Positions 28,830-37,601 of a stretch of DNA of 64,000 nt are shown here, piece after piece. The stretch spans positions 416,001 through 480,000 of the forward strand of contig CAWBZV010000003.1 of assembly GCA_963793305.1 (NCBI GenBank), in the 5' to 3' direction. How positions within the stretch are numbered: the first letter of the stretch is position 1; each line of letters begins with the position of its first letter. Position numbers and translations under genes: made by a program. The notes below the pieces were generated by a model. That model ran no database searches, was not told where the DNA came from, and saw only the letters and a list, made by a program, of their open reading frames with translations. This DNA comes from an uncultured Gemmatimonadales bacterium (GTDB lineage Bacteria; Gemmatimonadota; Gemmatimonadetes; Gemmatimonadales; Gemmatimonadaceae).

Positions 28830-29809
28830 GACTGTCTTTCGTACTGATTCTCCTCGTCGGCGGGGTCGCCCGGGCGCAGGACACGACCGGGTATTCGGCT
28901 TCGACCCCGGTGGTGCCGGAGCCCGCGGATACCGTGCTCCGGAGAGCCGTGCAAATAGTCTCCGAGGGACATGGGCCGGCGGGCCGGGCGATCATCGACT
29001 CGGTGCTCGCGGCCACGTCGCCAGGGACGCCGCCGTTCGCCGAGGTCTTGTTCACGAAAGCCGTGGTGGCTGCGACCGCGTTCGAGGCTGAGCGCGATTA
29101 TCAGCGGGTTATCGTGGAATACCCGTCGTCGCCGCGGGCGGACGACGCCCTGTTGAGAATCGCGCAGGAGGAGATCGTGCGCGGGGACAAGGAAGCGGCG
29201 CGGCAGCATCTCACGCGGCTCGATCGCGATCGGCCGCCGTCGTCGACCTGGCCGCGGGCAAACCTCTCGGTCGCGCGTGCGTGGTTCGAGGTCGACGATC
29301 CCACCCATGCGTGTGCCGCGCTGGCCGTCGCGCATAGCACGACGCCGTCGTCTGCGATCGAGCTCCTCCACCAGCTCGATTACGCGGCTCAGCCATGCGC
29401 GGGATTGCCCGTCGTCGCGACGAAGACAGCGCCGCCTCCGGTGGCGACCGTACCAGCGCCGGTGCCGCCGGCTCCGACGCCCGTCGTATCGACACCGGCC
29501 CCGGCCCCCGTGGTATCGACACCGGCCCCGACGCCCGCAGTATCGACGCCGGCTCCAACGCCTGTCCCATCCACGCCGGCGGGTAAGTACACGGTGCAGG
29601 TCGCCGCCTACGACACCCGGGGCGCAGCCGAGGCGCTGGCATCCAAGCTCCGCGAACGCGGCTACGAGTCGCGAGTCTGGGGCACGGCCGCCCCGTTCCG
29701 CGTGCGCATCGGCCACTACACCACGCGCGCAGCGGCGGAGCGCGAGCTCAGTGCGCTCCAGGCCAAGCAGATGTCGGGTTTCGTCGCGGCGAGCGAGCCG
29801 GCTAACTAG
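28826..29809 (+). CDS. secreted TPR + SPOR domain protein with Pro/Thr-rich linker
   Basis: Signal peptide, YPSSPRADDALL, PVVSTPAP repeats, YTVQVAA...RVRIG. Confidence 0.85.
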   Translation: MRLSFVLILLVGGVARAQDTTGYSASTPVVPEPADTVLRRAVQIVSEGHGPAGRAIIDSVLAATSPGTPPFAEVLFTKAVVAATAFEAERDYQRVIVEYPSSPRADDALLRIAQEEIVRGDKEAARQHLTRLDRDRPPSSTWPRANLSVARAWFEVDDPTHACAALAVAHSTTPSSAIELLHQLDYAAQPCAGLPVVATKTAPPPVATVPAPVPPAPTPVVSTPAPAPVVSTPAPTPAVSTPAPTPVPSTPAGKYTVQVAAYDTRGAAEALASKLRERGYESRVWGTAAPFRVRIGHYTTRAAAERELSALQAKQMSGFVAASEPAN

Positions 29810-31019
29810 CCGTTCGCTCGCCTTTCCAGGCGGCGTACGTCCAGATTGCGCCGCTGACCACGACGGCGAAGGGGATGATCATGACCGCGTGCGCCAGTGT
29901 GTCGCGGTCTGAGATCCACCCGATGAGCGTCGGCGAGATCGCATCGCCCAGGACGTGGATGGCGAAGATGGAGAGCGCCATAGCGGCCGCCCTCAACGCC
30001 GGCGCGACCTCGGACACGATCGCCGCGTTGATCGGCCCGGTCGACGCAAACAACAAGAGCTCGGCCGCGGTCACGGCGATCCAGAACGTCGGCAGACTCG
30101 GTGTCACGAGCGCCCACCACGCGAGCGGAACCGCCGCGAGCGTCGTGACGCCGGACACCCACAGGTTGGCTTGGCGGGTCCGCTTCGCGAAGGCGTCTGC
30201 CGCCCACCCACCGACGAACGTCCCGACAAATCCAGTGATGAGCAGCACGCTCCCGAGCTTGCCCGTCGCATCGGCCTGCGACATCCCGTGCACGCGCACG
30301 AGGAACGATGGCATCCAGATCGAGATGCCACCGAGCGCGAACGTGTACGCGACGTATCCGAGTACGGTGCGCCGGTAGGGCGGACTCTTGAGCAGCGGCC
30401 GGTACGAGTCGAGTCCAGTCGGCGCCGGCGTGCCGTCGTCCTCGCGCGGCGGATCCTTGAGGGCCAGCGAGATCAGTGCGAGCACGAGTCCCGGCGCGCC
30501 CGCGACGAAGAATGCCGCGCGCCAGCTGTACATCCGATCGATCTGGCCGCCGAGCACGTAGCCGAGCGCTGCGCCGACGGGAATGGCCATGTAGAAGAGC
30601 GCGAAGACGCGCCCGCGCATGCGCTCGGGAAACACGTCCGCGAGCACGGCGGGCGCGATCGTAGCATACGCTGCCTCGCCGATGCCGACGGTCGCGCGCG
30701 CGGCCAGCAGCTGGCCGTAGTTCGCCGCCAGGCCGCCGAGCGCGGTGGCGATGCTCCAGATGGCGACGCCGACGCCGATGACGCGGGTGCGCGAGCCTTT
30801 TGCGGCTTTGGCGCCGAACACGGGCGCCGAGGCCATGTAGACCCAGAGGAACGCCGAGGCCAGCAAGCCGATTTGGGCGTCGCTCAAGGCGAGCGAGGAG
30901 TGCTTGATGCTCTCCTGAACGGCCGGTACCACGTACCGGTCGGTGTAGTTCAGCAGGTTCATCGCCGTAAACACGACGAGGACGGTCCACGCCTGGGGAC
31001 GCGGCTTATCGAGTGGCAT
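29802..31019 (-). CDS. MFS transporter (spinster-like)
   Basis: NLLNYTDR, RATVGIGEA, about 12 hydrophobic segments. Confidence 0.9.
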   Translation of the reverse strand: MPLDKPRPQAWTVLVVFTAMNLLNYTDRYVVPAVQESIKHSSLALSDAQIGLLASAFLWVYMASAPVFGAKAAKGSRTRVIGVGVAIWSIATALGGLAANYGQLLAARATVGIGEAAYATIAPAVLADVFPERMRGRVFALFYMAIPVGAALGYVLGGQIDRMYSWRAAFFVAGAPGLVLALISLALKDPPREDDGTPAPTGLDSYRPLLKSPPYRRTVLGYVAYTFALGGISIWMPSFLVRVHGMSQADATGKLGSVLLITGFVGTFVGGWAADAFAKRTRQANLWVSGVTTLAAVPLAWWALVTPSLPTFWIAVTAAELLLFASTGPINAAIVSEVAPALRAAAMALSIFAIHVLGDAISPTLIGWISDRDTLAHAVMIIPFAVVVSGAIWTYAAWKGERTAS

Positions 31020-31034
31020 GGCCGGCGAACTTAC

Positions 31035-31078
31035 TTGACGCTTAGTTCATAGTCAAATAATATTTAGGCGTGGCTAAA
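31035..31078 (+). promoter_or_regulatory. sigma70 promoter and DtxR/MntR-type operator over a leaderless start
   Basis: TTGACG-17 bp-TAATAT; palindrome TTTAG-N6-CTAAA at 31063-31078 covers the GTG at 31070. Confidence 0.75.
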
Positions 31079-32471
31079 ATCGACGAGCCGAAGGCGAGGA
31101 GTGGCCAACCGACCAGTCGAGCGGAGCATAGCGACGCCTCGACGCGCCGCGGAGCGGCGGGTGAGGTTAGGTGGCGGCATTCCCGCCCCACGCCGAGTCT
31201 GGCCGAGTCCTACCGGACGATCTCGGTCGAGGGCGGCTGGTGGCGCAAGCTGCTGGCCTTCGCCGGCCCGGGCTACCTGGTAGCCGTCGGCTACATGGAC
31301 CCCGGCAACTGGGCCACAGACCTCGCTGGCGGGTCCCGGTTCGGCTACGCCCTCCTGAGCGTGATCCTCGTCTCCAATCTCCTGGCGGTCCTCCTACAGG
31401 GCTTGGCGTCGAAGCTGGGCATCGTCACCGGCCGCGATCTGGCGCAGGCGTGTCGGGATGCCTACTCGCGCCCGACGTTCGATCGCGCTCTGGCTGGGTG
31501 CCGAAGTCGCCATTGCGGCGTGTGACTTGGCCGAGGTGATCGGCTCGGCGATCGCTCTGCAGTTGTTGTTTCACATTCCGCTCATCATCGGCGTCATCCT
31601 CACGTCGCTCGACGTGCTGATCGTGCTCTACTTGCAGCACAGCGGATTCCGGCGACTCGAAGCGGTCGTGGTCGTGCTCATCGCGACGATCGGCCTCTGC
31701 TTCTTGTTCGAGCTCGTCCTCGCCCGCCCTGATCTCGGCGCGGTCGCGCGCGGGTTCGTGCCGCAGGCGTCGGTCGTGACGAATCCGGCGCAGCTCTACA
31801 TCGCCATCTCGATCCTCGGCGCGACGGTCATGCCGCACAATCTGTATCTGCACTCGTCGATCGTGCAGACGCGAAGCTACGAGGAGACGCCGAGCGGGAA
31901 GCGCGAGGCCATTCGGTTCGCGTTCTTGGACTCGACGATCGCGCTCACGTTCGCGCTCTTTATCAACGCGGCGATCCTGATCGTGGCGGCCGCGATTTTT
32001 CATTCGACTGGACACACCGAAGTCGCCGAGATCGAGGATGCGTACAAGCTCCTGACGCCGCTCCTGGGCGTCGGAGGCGCCAGTCTCGTATTCGCGCTGG
32101 CGCTCCTCGCCTCCGGGCAGAACTCGACGTTGACGGGGACGCTCGCCGGGCAGATCGTGATGGAGGGGTTTCTCGACGTCAGGCTCCGGCCCTGGTTGCG
32201 GCGGCTCATCACGCGTGGGCTGGCGATCGTGCCGGCCGTCATCGTGACCGCGCTCTATGGCCAGCACGGGACGGCGAGCTTGCTCGTGTTGAGTCAGGTC
32301 GTGCTCAGTCTCCAGCTCTCGTTCGCCGTCGTCCCCCTGGTGCAGTTCACGTCGAGCCGGGCGATGATGGGGGAGTTCGTCAACCGGCGATGGCTGATCG
32401 TGCTCGCGTGGGTCGCTACGATTCTCATTGCGGGCCTGAACTTGTGGCTGCTGGTGCTTTCGTTCAGATGA
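31070..32471 (+). CDS. mntH: Nramp family Mn2+ transporter (frameshift ~31478)
   Basis: [30 protein letters not shown]. Confidence 0.93.
31105..31159 (+). repeat. third copy of the interspersed element, in frame within the MntH N-terminus
   Basis: ccaaccgaccagtcgagcg...tcgacgcgccgcggagcggcg encoding [18 protein letters not shown]. Confidence 0.85.
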
Positions 32472-33133
32472 CAGCGTATACGGAGTCCGTCGAGAACTGC
32501 CTCAAGGCGGTCTACGAGCTCGAGCGCTCGGGGCGCGAGAGCGTCTCGACGACCGATCTCGCCAACCGCCTCGGGATCGCGCCGCCGTCGGTGACGGGTA
32601 TGATGCGCCGGCTCGCCGACTCGGGTCTGATTAAGTATGAACCATACCATGGCGCTCGATTGACCAACGAAGGGCAGCGGGTTGCGCTGCGTACCTTGAG
32701 GCGCCATCGCATTATCGAGACGTACTTGGCGCGTGCGCTGGGCCTGTCCTGGGACCTCGTGCACGAGGAGGCCGAGCGGTTGGAGCACGCGGCGTCGGAT
32801 GCATTGATCGATCGGATGGCAATGGTGCTTGGGCACCCGACGGTGGATCCGCACGGCGCGCCGATTCCGACGGCCGAGGGCGCGATCGATGAGCGCATGC
32901 TGACGCCGCTCACCGAGCTCGATGTCGGCGATCGGGCGCGCATCGTCTCCGTGTACGACGAGGATCCCGATCGGCTGCGCTACCTGGGCCAACTCGGGCT
33001 CGTGCCCGGCGTCGTCGTGACGCTCGTGAGCCGTCAGCCCTACGGCGGGCCGCTCTCGCTGGGACTCGGCGATGCGGTCCGCGATATCGGGCCCGCGCTC
33101 GGCGCTTGTGTGTTCGCGGAGCGGCTCGGATGA
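32468..33133 (+). CDS. mntR: DtxR/MntR family metal-dependent repressor with FeoA domain
   Basis: [33 protein letters not shown]; follows mntH. Confidence 0.88.
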   Translation: MTAYTESVENCLKAVYELERSGRESVSTTDLANRLGIAPPSVTGMMRRLADSGLIKYEPYHGARLTNEGQRVALRTLRRHRIIETYLARALGLSWDLVHEEAERLEHAASDALIDRMAMVLGHPTVDPHGAPIPTAEGAIDERMLTPLTELDVGDRARIVSVYDEDPDRLRYLGQLGLVPGVVVTLVSRQPYGGPLSLGLGDAVRDIGPALGACVFAERLG

Positions 33134-35636
33134 GCGAGACGCCACTCATGCAGCAGTATCGGGAGATCAAGGCGCGGCATCAGGACGCGATCCTGTTCTT
33201 TCGCATGGGCGATTTCTTCGAGATGTTCTACGAGGACGCCGAGGTTGGCTCGCGGGTCCTGGGTCTCACGCTGACGGCACGCAACAATGGCGGTGCGGCG
33301 GCGGTCCCTCTGGCCGGCGTCCCCGCCAAGGCGGTCAGCGAGTACGTCAAGCGACTCGTCCGCAAGGGCTTTCGTGTGGCGATCTGCGAGCAGGTCGAAG
33401 ATCCCAAGTACGCGAAGGGTCCTGTTCGGCGCGAGGTCATCGAGACGGTCACGCCCGGCGCCGCGCTCGCCGACGATCTCCTCGACGGGGCTCGCAATAA
33501 TTTTCTCTGCGCGCTGCATGGCACTGGTCTCGCGGCGGTCCGAATGTCTCGACGGGCGAATTCCGTCTCGCCACCGCCCACGTATCCGACGCCGCGGCTC
33601 TCGTCGCTCGCTACGCCCCACGTGAGATCCTGATTGCGCGCGGCGCCACGGTCGGCGTGCCGATCGATGGCGTGCTCGTGACAGAGCGCGAGCCGTGGGA
33701 GTTCGACACGGCGAGTGGCGCCGAAGCGTTAGCCCGGCGTTTTGGCGTTCAGTCGCTCGAGGGATTCGGCGTTCAGTCGTCCGACGCACCTGCCGTAGCG
33801 GCAGCGGGCGCATTGTTGGAGTACCTGCGCGAGCTTCAGCCGGGCGGGCTCCCGCACTTGGCGCGGCCGGTCATCGAACGTCCTGGTGGCTCGGTGCCCC
33901 TCGACGAAATGACGCGCCGGAATCTCGAGCTCGTCGAGTCGTTGCGTGGTGAGGCCGCGGGCACGTTGCTCGACGTCCTCGATCGGACATCGACGCCGAT
34001 GGGCGCGCGGCTTTTGCGCCAGTGGATTCTGGCGCCGCTTTCGGATCGCGTCGCGATCAACGCGCGGCTCGATCGCGTCGAGGCGTTGGCCAACGACTCA
34101 TTGGCCCGTGCGGCGTTGCGTGACGCGCTCGATGGGGTGCGCGACGTCGAGCGCCTCGCCGGCAAGGTCGCCGCTGCCCGGGCGACACCCCGCGAGCTTC
34201 GCTCGCTCGGCGACTCGCTGGCGCGCCTACCCGACGTTAGCGCGGCGGCGGCGCGCGTGGGTCTCGCCGAGCCCTGGGACACGTGCGACGATCTCGCCGC
34301 CGCGATCACTCGAGCGCTCGTCGAGCGGCCGCCGATCGCGATCGGTGATGAGCCGACGATTGAGATCGGTGTCGATGCCGGCGTCGACGAGCTGCGTGTG
34401 CTCCGTGACGGAGGGAAGGACGCGATCGCCGAGATTCAGGCGGCCGAGCGTACGCGGACGGGGATCGCGTCGCTCAAGGTCGGCTACAATCGGGTGTTCG
34501 GATACTTCATCGAGGTGACGAACGCCAACAAGGACGCGGTTCCGGCCGACTATCAGCGTCGCCAGACGCTGACGGGGGCCGAGCGGTATGTGACGCCGGC
34601 GCTCAAGGAGTACGAGGAGCGGGTGCTGACGGCGGCCGAGCGATTGGAGGCGCGCGAGCGGGAGTTATTCGAGGCGTTGCGCTCTGCTACCGGCACTGGG
34701 ATCGCTCGCCTTCAGCTTGTTGCTCGGCGAGTGGCCGAGCTCGACGTTGTGGCGACGTTCGCGGAGGTGGCGGAGCGCGAGCGGTTTGTTCGGCCGGTGG
34801 TGACGGACGACCTCGAGATCGACATCGTCGGCGGCCGGCATCCGGTCGTCGAGCGGATGATGCCGCGCGAGCAGTTCATCCCGAACGATGTTCGGCTCAG
34901 TACGGCCGAGCGGGTGATTATTCTCACGGGGCCGAACATGGCGGGCAAGTCGACGATCCTGCGCCAGGTCGGACTCATCGTATTGTTGGCCCAGGCCGGC
35001 AGCTTCGTACCCGCCGCGCGCGCGACGATCGGCATCGTCGACCGGCTCTTCACGCGCGTCGGCGCGAGCGACAATCTCGTGCGCGGGCAGTCGACGTTTA
35101 TGGTCGAGATGGCGGAGACGAGCGCCATTTTGCACACGGCCACCGCGCGCAGCCTCGTGTTGCTCGACGAGATCGGCCGCGGGACGTTGACGTACGACGG
35201 CGTCTCCATTGCGTGGTCCGTCACCGAGCATCTGCACTCTCGGGTAGGCTGCAAGACTATTTTCGCCACGCACTACCACGAGCTGACGCAACTCGCCGAC
35301 GAGCTCCCGGCTCTCCGCAACTACAACGTGGCCGTCCGCGAAGTCGGCGATCGCATTTTGTTCTTGCACCGGATGCAACCGGGCGGCGCCGATCGCTCCT
35401 ACGGAATCGAAGTCGGCCGCCTCGCCGGCCTCCCGGACGCCGTCATCACTCGCGCTCGCGAAGTGTTGCGGCGCCTCGAAAGCGAACAGCTCGTCGCGTC
35501 ACGCCCTGTCGAGCAGCTCGCACTTTTTGCTCCCGAGCCTCACGCCGCCGTCAAACGCTTAGCAGCGCTCAATCCCGATGATATGACGCCGTTGCAAGCA
35601 CTGACTTTGTTATCTGAGCTCAAAGGGCTCGTTTAA
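33130..35636 (+). CDS. mutS: DNA mismatch repair protein MutS (frameshift ~33540-33600)
   Basis: TPLMQQY, FRMGDFFE, GPNMAGKST, STFMVEM, DEIGRGT, FATHYHEL. Confidence 0.95.
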
Positions 35637-35772
35637 AATCTCACCGCCGAGATTTACTCGCTAGCGCGCAACGCGCGGCGCTTTTTATATTGCCGGTCCG
35701 CTGAACCAGCGTGTGGCCGTTTTCGAATCACCGTGTCGCAGCACCCAGTTGGCACCAAACACGCCGCGTGTG

Positions 35773-35858
35773 GCCCGCGTGGTGGAACTGGTAGACACGG
35801 TCGATTCGCAATCGACTGACCCGCAAGGGTCGTGTGGGTTCAAATCCCGCCGCGGGCA
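35773..35858 (+). tRNA. type II tRNA with Leu-type body and CGC (Ala) anticodon
   Basis: Acceptor GCCCGCG/CGCGGGC with A73; D-arm GTGGAACTGGTAGACAC; anticodon arm GTCGA-TTCGCAA-TCGAC; variable arm GACCC-GCAA-GGGTC; T-arm GTGGG-TTCAAAT-CCCGC; no encoded CCA. Confidence 0.9.
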
Positions 35859-35888
35859 CACGCTGGTTGACACGTACGCTTTTGCACG

Positions 35889-35917
35889 TTGACGGTCGGA
35901 CGCACTATTTCTAGATT
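35889..35917 (+). promoter_or_regulatory. sigma70 promoter for the downstream small RNA
   Basis: TTGACG-17 bp-TAGATT. Confidence 0.7.
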
Positions 35918-35921
35918 TACT

Positions 35922-35997
35922 ACGACCCTTGCGGGCGAAGTGTCCGCCAGTTCCAGACACAGAAGTGACCCCGGGTGATTGCGACACCCGGGGTTTT
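35922..35997 (+). ncRNA. putative anti-tRNA small RNA (three hairpins)
   Basis: Bounded by a promoter and a terminator; three segments complementary to the upstream tRNA. Confidence 0.7.
35969..35997 (+). terminator. intrinsic terminator (possibly bidirectional)
   Basis: CCCCGGGTG-ATTGCGA-CACCCGGGG-TTTT. Confidence 0.8.
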
Positions 35998-36005
35998 CTG
36001 TTGCG

Positions 36006-36710
36006 CTACATGGTCGTCGCCGGCTGATCCGGCATCAGGAATCGAAATTCCTGCCGCACCCACTGCCGCACGAGCCTCCCGCCGAGCTCCGCGGGCACGA
36101 AGCGCATGTGAGGGAGCGCCGAGCGGAGTGATTGCTCGAAGGCCGGGTGCGAGGAGTGGATCACGCGGAGACTGGTGCTGTCCGCGCCGCCCGTCGTGTC
36201 GACGACGAATTCGACGGTCAGCGACCCCTCGATGTGATTCTCCATGAGATACGACGGATACTCCGGCGCCGCACTCGTGGGATCCCGTTGCACCTCGCGG
36301 TCGACCTCGGCGTCGACATAGACCTTGCCACTCGGCAGCGCGTCGATGTCGGGAAGGTCGACCGTAGGCGCCGCGTCGCCCTTGCGCCCAAGGCCGATGC
36401 CTTGGCGGTTGTCGCCGGCGACGTTGAGCCCGGTGCCTTTGGTGGCCTTTGACCGGTCCCCAGACCCATTGGCATTGCTCGGCGCCCATTTGACGCCAGC
36501 GGTATCGAGCGACTTCCCTGTGGGAATCGTCGGAGCCAGATAGGTGACGATGCGCTCCTCGTCACTCTTCTTATCCGCCACTTTCGGCCAATACGCGGCA
36601 CCGGACGCGATGAAAAAGACGACAGCGGAAGCCGCTAATCCCACCGTCACCGACGGTACCGAACACAGACTCGCACTCTGTGGTGCCACGAGGTGGCGCA
36701 GCATACCCAC
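36006..36710 (-). CDS. TonB family energy transducer
   Basis: N-terminal TM; PEYP...IEG...VEFVVDTTG...FVPA. Confidence 0.8.
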   Translation of the reverse strand: MGMLRHLVAPQSASLCSVPSVTVGLAASAVVFFIASGAAYWPKVADKKSDEERIVTYLAPTIPTGKSLDTAGVKWAPSNANGSGDRSKATKGTGLNVAGDNRQGIGLGRKGDAAPTVDLPDIDALPSGKVYVDAEVDREVQRDPTSAAPEYPSYLMENHIEGSLTVEFVVDTTGGADSTSLRVIHSSHPAFEQSLRSALPHMRFVPAELGGRLVRQWVRQEFRFLMPDQPATTM

Positions 36711-36848
36711 ACCCCCACCGGCCTAACAAAATCCCTGGGACTACTATGTGTATTTGCCCGGTCTTACGCTAGTCTCGAACCCGTTCCACGGCCCATGTAG
36801 TCGGGACGACTTGCTCTTAGAAGGGGACGAGTTGCCCTACTACAGTGG

Positions 36849-37601
36849 TCACTTATCATGCCCAGTCAAGATGGACTCGAACAATTCGAGCGCGCGCGGG
36901 TCACCGGATTGGCCCAGCCAGAACATGGCCTTACGGCGAAGCTCCGGGTCGTGATTATTTTTGGCCACATCGATCAAAATCGGTACACCTTCCTCGCGCG
37001 GCCGCTGCGACAGCGCGAAGATCGCCGACTCGCGGACCTCGCGATTGACGCCGTTATCGGTCACCAGTGAATCGAGTGCCCCCGTCGCGTTGGCGGCGGC
37101 CTGACCGAGCCAAAAGACCGCATTCTTTCGCGTCTCCGTCGGCTTCGCGTCGTCACGCGCGATCGCGATCAAACGTGGCCAGATTCGGACCTGGTCGGAG
37201 CTATCGGCAAGAGTTGCCGGAAAAATCGCGTCGTGGCCCACATGCGTCGATTTCCGCTCGGCCAGTCCGAGGAAATAATCCGCCGCCGCGCTCGCCGATA
37301 CGGCGCCCAGGTCGGTGATCGTGACGGCGCGCGGACGCCACCGTCCGCCGACATGGACGTGGATGCGCGTGATCTCGTGCGCGCTCACCCAGACGACGAC
37401 GCGCACGGGGCCGTCGTCGCAGTCGTCGTCGTACTCGACGTCGGTATCGTCATCGCCCGAGACATAGCGATGGTGCCCGGCGCACAGGCCCGGCCGGGCC
37501 GCGAAGGTCATCCGCACCTCGCCGTCGGGCGCGGCCGCAATGCGCGAGGCGAGGTCGGGCTGCTGCTGGGTCAATGCCCAGACGAGTGCCAAGGCGATCA
37601 T
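36849..37601 (-). CDS. secreted HEAT repeat protein
   Basis: RKNAVFWLGQ and RRKAMFWLGQ repeats. Confidence 0.8.
   Translation of the reverse strand: MIALALVWALTQQQPDLASRIAAAPDGEVRMTFAARPGLCAGHHRYVSGDDDTDVEYDDDCDDGPVRVVVWVSAHEITRIHVHVGGRWRPRAVTITDLGAVSASAAADYFLGLAERKSTHVGHDAIFPATLADSSDQVRIWPRLIAIARDDAKPTETRKNAVFWLGQAAANATGALDSLVTDNGVNREVRESAIFALSQRPREEGVPILIDVAKNNHDPELRRKAMFWLGQSGDPRALELFESILTGHDK

Noticed and set aside
33130..35858. Genome-wide reassignment of GCG to Leu
   Set aside because: GCG encodes conserved Ala positions, for example MutS GPNMAGKST and RVGASD.
35773..35858. tRNA-Cys(GCA), tRNA-Sec or ordinary tRNA-Ala
   Set aside because: Loop geometry centres CGC; standard 7/5 fold with A73; long variable arm and no G3:U70.
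35773..36000. Integrated-element att site
   Set aside because: The matches are inverted and internal rather than a direct repeat of the tRNA 3' end, and no integrase is nearby.
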